Assembly (NCBI GenBank): GCA_026936335.1
Contig: JAPMXV010000018.1
Location: 62,001-126,000, forward strand
Source of the DNA: Mantamonas sphyraenae STR306
Taxonomy: Eukaryota; Protista; CRuMs
Direction of reading: 5' to 3'
DNA: 64,000 nt
Below the pieces are notes generated by a model. It did not search any database. It had not been told where the DNA came from and saw only the letters and a program-made list of their open reading frames with translations. Positions 46,477 through 58,570 of the stretch are shown here, one piece after another. The first letter of the stretch is position 1, and each line of letters begins with the position of its first letter. A program made the position numbers and the translations under genes.

Positions 46477-49400
46477 TCACAAACTGCTAAACATGGCAAA
46501 CAGAGAGCTGAACACAAGGTAGAGCACGCCGACCAGGGCAATGAGCATGGTCCAGAACAGAGCAGGGGCCTGTTGCTGCACACGCAGGGTACTGCGTTGG
46601 TACCGCAGTCCCACAAACGCTGCAATGAGCAACGAGATCAGGATGGCAGCCACACGCAGCGGCCACATCGGCTTGGCCTTGCTTGCCGCCGTGTTGTGGG
46701 ACTCTTGCGTCGCCGACTCGCTGCTTGTCAATGTCACTGCCTCCTTTGCCTGCCTCCTCGCTCTTCTTCTCCTTCTTGCTGCCTGTGCTCTTGTCCTTCG
46801 AGCTGCTGCTGCCACTGGCTCCCCTCTCTGCTGCCGTGGACGACGACGACGACGACGACGACGGTGCCACCAACTTTTCGTCGTTGTTGTTCTGCGTGCG
46901 CTGTCTGTTCTGCGTGTGTGTCGTCGATCCGTGTCCTCCGTCAAGACTGTCGTCGTCCTCTTCGTCCTCGTCGTCCTCGCCATCGTGCCTTTTGCTCATC
47001 CGCCTGCCGTCGTCCGATCCGTCGTCGGCGTGCTGAACCGGCTTGTTGAACACCACCACCGATTCTTCCTTGGGACCTGCTGTCTGCAAACCACCCACCG
47101 AGTGGACCATGCTGCCTCCTCCCAGAGTGACGTAGCCTGCCACGGCGAGCAACACTGCAGCCAACGCCCAATACTTCCATGACCAGCCCCACAGCATCCA
47201 CTGGCCATCCATGGAGCCACGCATGCCCATGCGCTTGCGCTCCTCTGCACTCACTCCCTCCTCCTCACCCATCTTGGTTGCATCCACGTCCACCTGGCCG
47301 CTCTCCACGTCGCCGTGGCGATTGATGGTGCCTCCGGGGCCCTTCTTGCGGTCCACACCACCCCCAATGTGGTGCACCGGCTCGTGCTTTGGCATCAGTC
47401 TGCCCAACAGGCCCTCGTTGTGGTCCACCATCACAAAGTCCTCCTGCACCGCAGTCTTGTCGTTGCTCGGTGTCGGCCAGTCGCCCGATGACGAGTCGGC
47501 CTCTCCGTACGCGGACGCCGCCGTCACCATTGCGCTCTTGGGACCCACCAGACGCGGGCCACTCGGTTGCTGTGGTTGCTTGCTACGGGGCTGCTGCTGT
47601 TGCTGCTGTTGCTGCTGTTGCTGCTGCTTGCCACCCACACCCAACAGGGCCTCGCAGCGCGCCTGTGCCTGTGTATCTGCCTCCTCCCCCTTGCCTGTGC
47701 GTAGGGTGCTGGAAAACGACAGCCCAAGTGCGTTGGCACGCGCCATGCCACGGTAATGCTCTGTGGGCGAGTAGCCAAAGTCGTCCAATTGCATGTGGTC
47801 GGCGTCGTACTGGCGCAGTAGACGCACGCATGCGTCGTGCCTGCCCGAACATGCCAGATGCAACGCCGACAGGCCGTTTTCGTCTGTTTGTGCGTTGACC
47901 AGCTGCACGCGCGCCGTCCCGCTGGGCAGTGCATGCAGCAGGAGTGCCAACACGCGCGTGCGTCCGTGCAACGCAGCGTGGTGCAGTGCTGTGTACCCGT
48001 TGCCATCGCGCAACGCAATGCGCACACGGAAACGCACGAGCAGCATGCGACACAGGCGAGCAAAGCCACACACAGCCGCCAGGTGCAGCAAGCTCAGTCC
48101 CTCGCTGTTTTGTACGTTCAAATCCCACGGCAGAGTGGACTGCGGCTGCGGCTGCGGCTGCTTGTCTGCGTCTTCCACATCCCTCTTTGGATCGTTGGGG
48201 ATCCCTTCGGAAGTGTGCACCACCTCCAACGCACGCAAAATCATCTGTTCCAGCACCGCACCCGTGGCAGGGGCACCGCGTCGCTGCCTTCCCTGTGATC
48301 CGCCTCCACCACCTGTTCCGCCACGCCCAGACATGTTCTGCACAATCTGGTCTGCCACCGTGCGTGCGTCGTCCTGCATGCTCAGATTCAGCATGCGGTT
48401 GCCAATCAGCTTCAACGCAAGCTCCATCAACTGACGCTCGCTCTTGTCGTCGCGGTACGTAAACACAAGCAGGTTCTTGTTGTGTCGGCTGTTGCGTGTG
48501 GACGACGACGATGATGACGATGACGACGACGATTCCATCACGTCCTGATACTGCGGCGGAAGCTGTGAACGCACGGGCACCGTTCCAGCAATGGCCGACG
48601 GCGGCAGGTTGCACACCAACGTCGTCTCGTTCCAGTACTGCGTTTCGGCCTCGTTGACCCCAAAGATGACTGTGGTGCCGGGCACAAAGTGCTGTCCGAT
48701 CACCACCACTTCGGTGCCTCCTGTCACGGGGCCCTCGTTCGGTGCAAGCTTCTCCATGCGTGGCTCCTGAAACTCGTTGTTGCGGCTGTTGTTTGCCGCT
48801 TCCTGTGCGTCCACTTCCACCTCATCGCCGCTGTTTGTCCGCCTGCGCTTGACTCCCTGCTTGCTGATCTTGTGGTCGTCCGTAATCATGATGGGAGAAC
48901 TGTGGCCCACGCCCACCAGCTCGCCCGCATGGTCGTACAGTTGCATCCGGATGCGAAAGCCTTCTGCCTCGTGGTGATGCCTGCAATAGCACGTCAGGCG
49001 CATCGGGATGATCGCCTGTCCGCTCTCAAAGTCCACGTACTCGTCGCAGTAGCAAATGACAAACTTTTCCTGCTCCCGTTCCACAGAGAACGACTCGTTC
49101 TTCGCACCCCCCTTGCCCTTGCGCTTGCGAGCCGCCCTTTGCTCTGCCTTTTGCTCGCGTTGCACACACGAAAAGCATCGCTTGAGCGGTGTCGTGTCGT
49201 CCAGCGAGGAGCCGATCACGGTGAGTTCCGCACGCAGCACCTGCTCCGCAGGGCCCTCCTCCACAATGGCTCTTTTCTGCGCCGCCTTCTTCTCCGAGCC
49301 CTGTCGAATCTTGATCAACTCTGAGGGCATGTGAATGTATGCGTACTGCGAAACGTGGTCCTCGCCGTCGGTCAGCTCCACGCAAATCTTGCTCTGCTTG

Positions 49401-50571
49401 TCCGTGCGTGCCTTGTCTGGTGCCCCCTTGAGGTCCAGCTCGTACATGCCCCCCATGCTGTCCTGGCTTGTATAACGCTTGGCTTGGAACCTGCCTTGCT
49501 GTGTGTCATGTTGTCCGCTGCCACTGTGGCCGCTGCTGCTGCTCCTGTTGCTGCGACTCTCCTCATGCATGTGCGACGTGCTGAACGTCTTGAGCGACTG
49601 CGACTCCACCGAGTATCCACTCAGCTCCGAATCGGTGTGCGACACGGCCCCCAGCGACGCCTGCGTCGAGCTCGGCGACGAAGGTGTCAGCTCCTCCAGG
49701 TCCAGCATGTCCACAGCTGCATTCTGTGCATTTGCAAACAAGACGGCATCCATGCCACCGCCGCCGACCACGCCGCCGCCTGTGTGTCGCGTGCCTTGAT
49801 GGCCGTTGCCGCTCGTGGGCATCGCAAATTTGGAGTCGTCAAGGGTCATTCGGTCGGCGTGCAGGATGAATTCCGTGCCAAACACATCCACATCGCTTGC
49901 ACCAGAGTTTCCTCCGCCCTCCAAAGACATGTGATTGTCGCGTGCCCCTGCGCCACCCACAGTTCCGCTTGTGCCGTCCTGCTGCCAGCCCAGGTTGGGC
50001 GAGTGCAGCGCCCCCGAGCGTTTCCCGCCGCCGCCTCCGCCGCTGTTGTACGCGGCCAGTGCAGGCGAGCCACCGCCCATGTAGTCGAACGGGTCGTCGC
50101 CGAGGCCCATGTCATGTCCATCCACATCCCTGTGAGTGTGTGTGTGCAGATGGCATGCCCCACAAGCGTGTAGGCGGCCATTGAGAAAGGTGTCAGGAAA
50201 CCCCGAAAGCACGAAAGCCCGAAACGCTCCCTTTTTGCTGTCTTTTCGCGCCCACACACGGCCATCACGAGCCATCCCGTCGCTCGGAATTCCGTGTGGG
50301 CCACACCTGCGCCCAGAGGCAGCGAGTGACGCCTGTGCAACCAATCCAACGTACAGGATGTTGTCGATCAGCAGGTCTGTGCCCGGGCTGTTCAACGTGG
50401 AACTGTGCACAACAGTGCCCTGCTTGTCAGTGTGTGCCATTGGACGCGGCTGCATCCCATCATGTGCATGTAGACACACCCCACTCACCTGTTGCTGGGT
50501 GAATCGCTGCCCTCGAGGTCCAAAAACGTGCTTCCCAGCTCCGCCAGTGACTTTGAGTCCTCGACCTGCAT
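46477..50571 (-). CDS. Spt23/Mga2-family membrane-bound transcription factor (IPT/TIG, ankyrin repeats, TM); probable frame break near 46746
   Basis: Exons 50571-50489, 50402-50355, 50129 onward. CFSCVQREQKAEQR and MRLTCYCRHHHEAEGF...PIMITDDHK, IPT (PNEGPVTGGTEVVVIG), ankyrin repeats (GYTALHHAALHG), TM YWALAAVLLAVAGYV. Confidence 0.85.
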
Positions 50572-50619
50572 CTCTCTTCTTCGGTTTCCTCGGCCTGCGC
50601 GCTCGCATCCACATCGAGC

Positions 50620-51119
50620 ATGACCCGTGCGTTTTTTGTTTGGAATCATGCCTACCTTGCTTCTCCATTCCACTGACACCGCTGCGCACGGCCATGTGCC
50701 TCGCCTTGCCAGCACAGGCGGCAACCAGCGCGAAATCGACCGAGCGAGGTACGCACCCACTCTCTCTCTCCACACACACACCAGCCACTGACACGCACCG
50801 CAACGTGCCACACGCCCTGTTTCCCACGAATGAATGCAGAGCCCAAGCACGAGCAGCCAAAAACGGCAAGAAGAAGAAGGACGACGAGGACGGCCTGACG
50901 CTGCTGCAGAAGAAGGAGCGGTGGGTTTCCGCCGTTCATCAATCTTTAACCCCCGCGCCCTCACACGCTGACACCCTCTTTGTGTGTGTGTGTGTGACGC
51001 CCTTGCACGTATGTACATACTTGTTTTGCCGCCTATGCTCCGCGTGCACAGTGATGCAGATGCTCTGCGCGCCAAGCAGGAGCGCAAGAGGAAGGAGAAG
51101 GAAGAGAAGGAGAAGAGCG

Positions 51120-51153
<34 letters not shown>

Positions 51154-51250
51154 CAGCAGCAACAGCAACAGCTCCTCCTCTGGAGATGGAGACAAGAAGA
51201 AGAAGAAGGGCAAGAAGAAGTCTGCAGGCAAGGCTGTGTTCATTGGATAG
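50620..51250 (+). CDS. SERF/4F5-family small EDRK-rich protein
   Basis: Exons 50620-50626, 50718-50748, 50840-50920, 51052-51250 give MTRGNQREIDRARAQARAAK...DGLTLLQKKERDADALRAKQ. Confidence 0.88.
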
Positions 51251-51263
51251 GCCTCCCTCTCAT

Positions 51264-52351
51264 TCACCCACTCTTTCCCGCGCCCATCGCCATGGCGAGG
51301 GTGCCCACAAGGCCAGCATTGTCACCAAATCGTGACGGCACAATGTACGTATCCAGCTGCTCGCTGATTTTCTCCACCGACACATACCCATTGAGCTGCT
51401 TGCGAAAATGCTCACGGATCTTCGGGAACAGTGAGTCACGCTGCATTACCCCGCCTGCGAGGACAATCACCTCGGGCGACAGGGTCAACGTCAGATTTAA
51501 GCACAAATCGCCCAGGTACTGTGCCTCATATGTCCACACCTCATCGTCGTCGTCCACATTGGGCAGTTCGGAACGGTCGCAGTCACAGCGTTCTGCCAGA
51601 GCTCCACTCGCTGCCATGCCCTCCAAACAGTCGCCGTGGAAAGGACAGCTGCCCTTGTGAGTGTCACCTTGAGCACGACGCACAAACATGTGCCCTCCCT
51701 CTGGGTGTAGCAGGCCGTGTACGGGTTGACCCTGGATCACCACCCCGACCCCGATTCCTGTGCCCACCGTCACGTATGCACACGACGTCACATCCTCTCC
51801 GTGTCCCCCCACACGCATTTCGCCCACTGCTGCTGCGTTGACGTCCGTGTCAAATGCAACCACCTCGAAATGCTCCTTCAGCGCCCCGAGAAGGTCTGTT
51901 TGAGCCCAGCCTGGCTTCGGCGTCGTTGTGATGTACCCGTAGCTGCATGAGCGTGTGTGTGTGTGCGTCGGTGCGCAACATGTGTCAATTCGCCCCTCTC
52001 TGCATCATGCCCACACGTCTATTGCCTCCAAGCCACTGCTACACGCCTACGCACGTCTCTGAACCCTCCCGCAGGTCGATTGGTCCAAACGACGACACGG
52101 CCAGCTCGTCAAACTCCTGGTCCGACAGCCACGCCACAACCGCTGCCAGTGTTTCTTCGGGCTCCGTTGTGTCCACACGTGTGCTGGCTACAATGTTGTC
52201 TGGCGTGTCCACAGCCACCGCCAACTTGAACGTCGTTCCACTGGAATCCGTGTGTCAGTGGACCACACCACACACTTGCTGCCCCTTTCCATTCTCCTTA
52301 CCCAGCTTCCACTGCCGCAATGCGTTTCTTCCCGCTCTCCTTGACACTCAT
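51264..52351 (-). CDS. ROK-family fructokinase (ScrK/GmuE-like)
   Basis: Exons 52351-52302, 52240-52055, 51942-51264. EAGGTTF, SFGPID, TTPKPGW, DTDVNAAA, YVTVGTGIG, HPEGGH, CPFHGDCLEG. Confidence 0.92.
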
Positions 52352-52426
52352 CTCGCTCTGCAAGACGACGTTGGGAATGTTTGCTTTGCAGCTCGCGTCG
52401 CACACACACACACAACTGTTCTGTGT

Positions 52427-54141
52427 TTACTTGAACAACGCCTTGATGCTCATGCTGCTCGTATCGCTCTTCTTTGTCACCTTGGCCACTGCGAGCTCGA
52501 AATCCTCCTGCGTGACGTGTGTGCGTCGCTCACGCAGCGCAAACATGCCTGCCTCGCTGCAGATGGCCTTGCATTCTGCTCCCGAGCAAGACATGTCTGT
52601 GGCCAGCTTCTTCAGGTCGATGCCTCGCATCAGGTTCATGCGTCGCGAGTGAATCTTCAGAATCTGCAGACGCGCAGCCTCTCCCGGGTTGGGAAACTCG
52701 ATCTTGCGATCGATGCGCCCGGGCCTCAACAGCGCCGGGTCCAGAATGTCGATGCGGTTGGTGCACATGAGCACCTTGATGTTCTGCGTGGCCTCAAAGC
52801 CGTCCAGCTGGTTCAGCAACTCCAGCATCGTGCGCTGCACTTCGCTGTCTCCACCTCCGCCTCCACTGCTGTCGATGCGCGAGCTTCCAATGCTGTCGAT
52901 TTCGTCCATGAAAATGATGGCCGGCGCATTCTGTCGTGCCATCAAGAACAGCTCGCGCACCATGCGCGACCCCTCGCCAATGTACTTCTGCACCAGCTCC
53001 GATCCACTCACACGGATGAACGTGCAGTCCGTGTGATGGGCCACCGCACGTGCAAGCAACGTCTTGCCCGTACCCGGCGGTCCATACAGCAGCACACCCT
53101 TGGGCTGCGCAATGCCCAGGCTCTCAAACAGTTCTGGGTGCTTGATTGGCAATTCAATCACCTCCTTGATCTCTTTGATCTGCTTGTCCAGACCGCCAAT
53201 CATGTCGTATGTGCTGTCCGGCACCTTTTCCACCTTCATCAGGCTCACCAGCGGGTCCACCTGCGACGGCAGAATTCGGATCACTTTGTAGTCGTCGTTC
53301 TTCAGCGCCACACGCGTGTTTGGCTTCAGATCCTCCACCTTGACCTTGTCGTCGATCTTTGTCACATACTTTCCGTCCGGTTGCACCTGTGTCCGTGTGT
53401 GTTTTCCAGCCCCATGCCTGTGTGAGCCTTCTCTCCCGTCGATTCGCGCCTCTTTCCCCTCCCGCCGTTTCCAACAAAAGGTGCCAAACAGCGTGCCCCA
53501 AAAGGCAGCGCACACCCTTTGCACTGGCCTCTGCCCTCCCTGCCACACTCACCTTGACCAATACACGGCCCTTGCCCATCAGCTTCACAATCTCGCCGAT
53601 GTATGCTCCAGGCTCCATCAGCCGCTGCAGCTCCTCTCGCAGCGCTTTCACTGTGTGCAGTTTCACGCGTCCCCGCACACGTGTCAGCCAACCTGTGTCC
53701 AACCCCACTGCGTCCTACGTCCACTCCCCCCTCATCTCCATCGCCCAATCGTATCGTTGATGCCGTCCACTCCTGTCTGCACGTGTGTTTCTGGCGCCCT
53801 TTTCGCTCTTTCCGTCCGGAATGCCGCCCTTCCTCGACCTGCTCTCTCTTGCCACGCAGAAAACACACACACACACACAGAGGGGGAAACGAGGCACGAG
53901 GCCACATCTCCCCCGCGCATCCCACACAGCCGACCCGTTTTCCGCTGTGCACACACTCACCCTTGGCGTTGAGCGCGTTGCGCTGTGCCACGAGACGGCG
54001 CAGGTTCTGCACCTTCTCCCGCAGCTCCACGTCCAGCTCATCGATCTTGTTCAGGTAGTATGTGGCAATGCCGGCCTCCTGCTCCACCTGCGGAGTCAGA
54101 GCCGTGGTGTCCACGGGTGTCACGAGGGTGGGGGCTGACAT
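52427..54141 (-). CDS. PSMC5: 26S proteasome AAA ATPase Rpt6
   Basis: Exons 54141-53961, 53650-53553, 53386-52427. [52 protein letters not shown]. Confidence 0.96.
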
Positions 54142-54339
54142 TTGAGCAGTGGGGTGGCTGGACCCGCGCACGCGCTGCTCTCGCTCTACAGTGAATGTAC
54201 GTAGTGTATTGCACCCTCATTGCTTCCCATCTCACTCCTAGCTCCTTTCCCTCCTGTGCCAATTCACCCGTTCTTTCTCATCCATCCCATGACACACACT
54301 GTCGCCGTCTCTGCCACCACAACCACCGCCGCCACAGAG

Positions 54340-55576
54340 ATGTTTGCACGTACCTCGATGCCCACCCGCTCGTCCCTTGTCCGAGGCCTGGCCCAGGCTG
54401 CGCACTTTTCCACCAGCCCGGCGTCTGCCAGCGACGCCGCCGCCCCTCTGCAAAAGGTGACGCTGGTGCCCGGCGACGGCATCGGCACAGAGATTGCCGA
54501 CTCCGTCATGAACATCTTTGAGGAGGCAGCCGTGCCCATCGAGTGGGAAGTGTTCAATGTGTCCACCACCCACGGCCTCGGCAGCCTCCTCGACGAGTGT
54601 GTCGAGAGCATCAAACGCAACAAAGTCGGCCTCAAGGGTATGTTGAGTGGGCCTTTTCGAGGCTGGACGACCTCTTCCCCCATGCCTTTTCCCCTCCCTG
54701 CGCCTTTCCGAGCCCCGCGCTGACTCGTGTGCGTTGGTGGGTGACACGCGTTGGGCGTCCACAGGTCCGCTGGGCACTCCCATTGGCAAGGGACACGTGT
54801 CGCTGAACATCACGCTGCGCAAGGCGCTCAAGGCGTACGCCAACGTGCGCCCATGCCGCTCGGTCAGCGGCGTCGACACCAAGTACGACAACGTGGACGT
54901 GGTCACCATCCGCGAAAACACAGAGGGAGAGTACAGTGGCATTGAACATACGGTGGTGCCCGGCGTGGCCGAGAGCATCAAGCTCATCACCCGTGAGGCC
55001 TCGATGAACATCTGCGAATACGCCTTTGACTACACCGAAAAGAACAACAGGGAGCACCTCACCGTGGTCCACAAGTCCAACATCATGATCCAAAGTGACG
55101 GCATGTTCCTCGACTGCTTCAACGAGGTCGCCAAACGCTACCCTCACATCAAAGCCCACCGCATGCCCCTCGACTCGGCTGTCCTTCGCCTTGCCCAGGA
55201 CCCCGGCACCTTTGACGTCATGGTCATGCCCAACCTCTACGGTGACATCATCTCCGATCTCTGCGCAGGCCTCATTGGCGGTTTGGGTCTCACCGGTTCG
55301 GGCAACATTGGCCAGGAGGCCTCCATGTTTGAGGCTGTCCACGGCACCGCACCGGACATTGCTGGCAAGAACCTGGCCAACCCCACCGCCCTCCTCTTCA
55401 GCGGTCTCATGATGTTGCGTCATATGGACCTTCACGACCACGCCAACCTCATCGAGACCGCCGTGCACAACGTGCTCAACCGTGGCGAGGTGCGCACAGG
55501 CGACATTGGCGGCCGCTCCTCCACCACAGAGTACACCAAGGCCATTTGCGACGAGATTGATGATTTGCGTGCCTGA
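54340..55576 (+). CDS. IDH3A: mitochondrial NAD-dependent isocitrate dehydrogenase, catalytic (alpha-type) subunit
   Basis: Presequence-like N-terminus, intron 54638-54764. PGDGIG, KGPLGTPIGKGHVSLN, RENTEGEYSG, MPNLYGDIISDL, FEAVHGTAPDIAG. A 5'-UTR intron at 54197-54337 is possible. Confidence 0.92.
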
Positions 55577-55612
55577 ACAAAACACGAATGCGATGCCAAA
55601 CAGGAATGCCAC

Positions 55613-55677
55613 AATGAAATGAATGCGAAGCTGGGGGTTTCACTCATTCTCGACTTTCATTCATCAACAACTTCATT
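55613..55677. terminator. convergent 3' region with AATGAA on both strands (candidate poly(A) signals)
   Basis: AATGAAATGAA on + after the IDH stop. TTCATT at 55656 and 55672, which reads AATGAA on - after the DDX27 stop. Confidence 0.45.
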
Positions 55678-55679
55678 CG

Positions 55680-58252
55680 TCATCGTCGGCTTGCTGCCTT
55701 CTTGCCCTTATTCTTCTTGCCCTTGCTAAACGATTGGATCTCTTTGCCAAAGGATCCCGAGGAGGAGGCGGCGGTGGAGGCGGAGGCCAGGTTGGATTTG
55801 CGCTTCTCCTTCTTTTCCTTCTTCTCCTTGGCCCGACGTCGCTTCTGGGCCGTGCGTCGCTCCTCCATCTCTGCCTGGTTCTTTTTGTTCTTGGCTGCCC
55901 GCTGCAGCGCCTTGACACGCTTCTGGTTCTCTGGTGCGGCGTCCTCCACACGCGCACGTTTCCTCTTGCTCATCTTTGTGGACTTGTTGAGATCGTCCAG
56001 AGTCTTGCGCTTGCGTCCTGTGTCGCCGCCTGCGCCGCCTCTCCGTCCTGCCTTTTCCGCCATCTCCTCCTCCAGCGATTCAGCATTGGCATCGCGTTGC
56101 CTGCTGGCCGCCTTTGTCTCCTTCTTCTGGTTCTCGCTCTGGAACCAAGTGCGTGCGGGTCGTCGTGCAATCTCCTCCTCGTGCACCAACAAGTTCTCCG
56201 CCTTCTCCGCCTGCATTTCCACGTAGCGAATGTACGCCTCGCGTGCCTCCAGCTTGCCCACTTCTTGGATTTCCTCTTCCATGGTTTCCATCTTGTTGCG
56301 CCACTTGGCCACCGATTTGGGTGCCACCTCGCGCGATTTGACCTTATCCTTGGCCCGTTTGACAATCTCCTTGAGCAGTTTGCGGTCGGTGGCCTCGTCG
56401 CCGACAAAGGTCACTGCGCGTCCGTTGCGTCCGGCACGCGCCGTGCGTCCCACCCTGTGGATGTACTCTCTGTGACTGCGTGGCATTTCGTAGTTGATAA
56501 CCGTCTGCACGCCGGTGATGTCCAGACCGCGGGAGGCCACGTCGGTGGCGAGCAGAAAGTCCACGCGGCCGTCGCGAAACTCCATCAGCGACTCCAGACG
56601 GGCGGTTTGTGACATGTTGCCATGCAGCTCGGCGGCACGAAGGCCAGCCAGACCAAAGATGATTTTGAAGCGATGGGTGGTCTTTTTGGTTTTGAAGAAC
56701 ACGATGGTGTTGGAGGTGAAGCGACGGGAACAGAGGGACAGCAGCATGGCCGGACGGTCGGGTTCGTGGTTGCCCTTGACACGGATCACCTCTTGGGTCA
56801 GGGTGCTGGCCACGTCAAAGATGGGATCCACCTTGACCTGCTTGGGACGGTTCAGCGACAGGTTGGCCAGGCTCACCACGTGCTTGCTCATGGTGGCAGA
56901 AAACAGAAGCGTTTGGCGGTCGCTGGGACAGGATTTGACAATCTCGTGCACCTCGTCGGTGAAGCCCATGTCGAGCAGGCGATCGGCCTCGTCGAGAATG
57001 AGCACCTCCACGGTGTCCAGACCCACGGACACCGAGTTGCGCATGATGTCAATGAGACGACCCGGGGTGGCCACAATGATGTCGGGTTGGGCACGCACGG
57101 CGGCCTCTTGCACCTTGATGCGGAAGCCACCGCACACCAGGGCGCAGCGGACTTCGGTGAACGCTGCCAGCTTCTTGGCCACGTCGAAACACTGCACCGC
57201 AAGTTCGCGTGTGGGCAGCAGGATGAGCACACGTGTGGTGGGAATGCGTCGGTCTGCCGCACTCAAGTGTTGCAGACGCTCCAGCACAGGCAGCACAAAC
57301 GCTGCGGTTTTGCCAGAGCCCGTCGCCGCAGACGCCGCAATGTCCCGCCCTGCCAACGCAAGCGGAATGCACGCCTGCTGCACCGGCGTTGGGTGTGTGT
57401 ATCCCAGGTTGTTCACTGCTTTCAGCAGTGGTCGCGACAGGTTCATGTCCTCAAACAGCAGAGCGTCGCCCTTCTTCTTCTGGTCATCATCACCATCATC
57501 ATCATCATCATTGGCTTTGCCTGTGTTTTTGCCCGATTTGCCTTCCTTCTTTTCCTTCTTCTTCTTCTTTTCCTCTTTGGCTGCCTTTCGTTTGCGTTCC
57601 TCCTTCAACTCGCGTTTCGACTTGCGTCGCTCGTACTTCTTCAGCAAATCCGTCCCCTCCTTCGTAATCATGCTGTCCACCTGTGCCTGCTCTGCACGTC
57701 GCTCGGCCTCGTACCGTTGCAATGCCTCCTCGTCGCCCGACTCGTCATCGTCATCGTCGTCATCGTCATCGTCGTTGTTGTTGTTGTTGTCATCGGAGGA
57801 CGACGAGGACCAGCCGTCGTCGTCCTCGTCGCTGCTGCTCTCGTCCTCATTGCCACCACCGGCCTTGCGTTTGCGCTGTTCCACTGTAAACTGGATTTTG
57901 GAGTCGATGTTGCCATGCTTGCGTGCGCCGCGGCCCTGTTCGGCGGCGGAAAAGTCCCAGCCTCCGTTGAGTCCGTCGTCGGCAAAGTCAAACCCGGGAT
58001 TGAGGCCCTTCTTCTTGTTTGCCTGTGCCTTTTGCTGTGGGAACACACGTGCAAGAGTGCAGCCACCGTGTGTATGCGAAAGAGAGGGAGTGTGTGTGAG
58101 TGTGTGCGCTGGAAAAGGGCAAAAGTGCGGAGGATGGGTCTGCCCACCGCCCCCCCTTGAGGCCGAACACATGCAACGCACCAGGGCTCGCAGCTGTGCT
58201 GCTGTCACCTTGCCCGCTCCACGACCAGCCTGTGTGGAAGCACCTGCATCTG

Positions 58253-58287
<35 letters not shown>

Positions 58288-58442
58288 CTGTCATCGCTGT
58301 GGGTGCCCTCGTCAAGGGTGCGGTCGAGGCGAGCTCGCAAATCCGCCTCCTCCTCCTCATCCCAGTTGTCCTCGTCGCTGTCCTCATGGTGCTGGTCGAA
58401 CCGTTCGTCGTCGTCCTCAATGGTCAGAATGAGATCGGACAT
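55680..58442 (-). CDS. DDX27: DEAD-box RNA helicase DDX27/Drs1
   Basis: In-frame intron 58035-58181 (GTGCGT..CAG). ATGSGKTAAF, PTRELA, DEAD, SAT, HRVGRTARAG, and the family-specific AENL...EEIARRPARTWF. Confidence 0.93.
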
Positions 58443-58514
58443 GAGATGAGATGGGTGATGATGAATGGGTTGGAAGGGGAAGGGGGAGCGATGCACCTTC
58501 TTGACCAAGCACCC

Positions 58515-58533
58515 CACACACACACACACACAC

Positions 58534-58564
<31 letters not shown>
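58515..58564. repeat. (CA)n microsatellite in the DDX27/ARL divergent spacer
   Basis: About 50 bp of CA repeat with a single G interruption. Confidence 0.95.
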
Positions 58565-58570
58565 TCAACC

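Noticed and set aside
15955-54141. Functional cluster of two HECT ligases, Rpt6, the Mga2-like factor and perilipin
   Set aside because: The genes are interspersed with unrelated housekeeping genes, neither HECT is Rsp5/Nedd4-type (no WW or C2 domains), and there is no synteny evidence.
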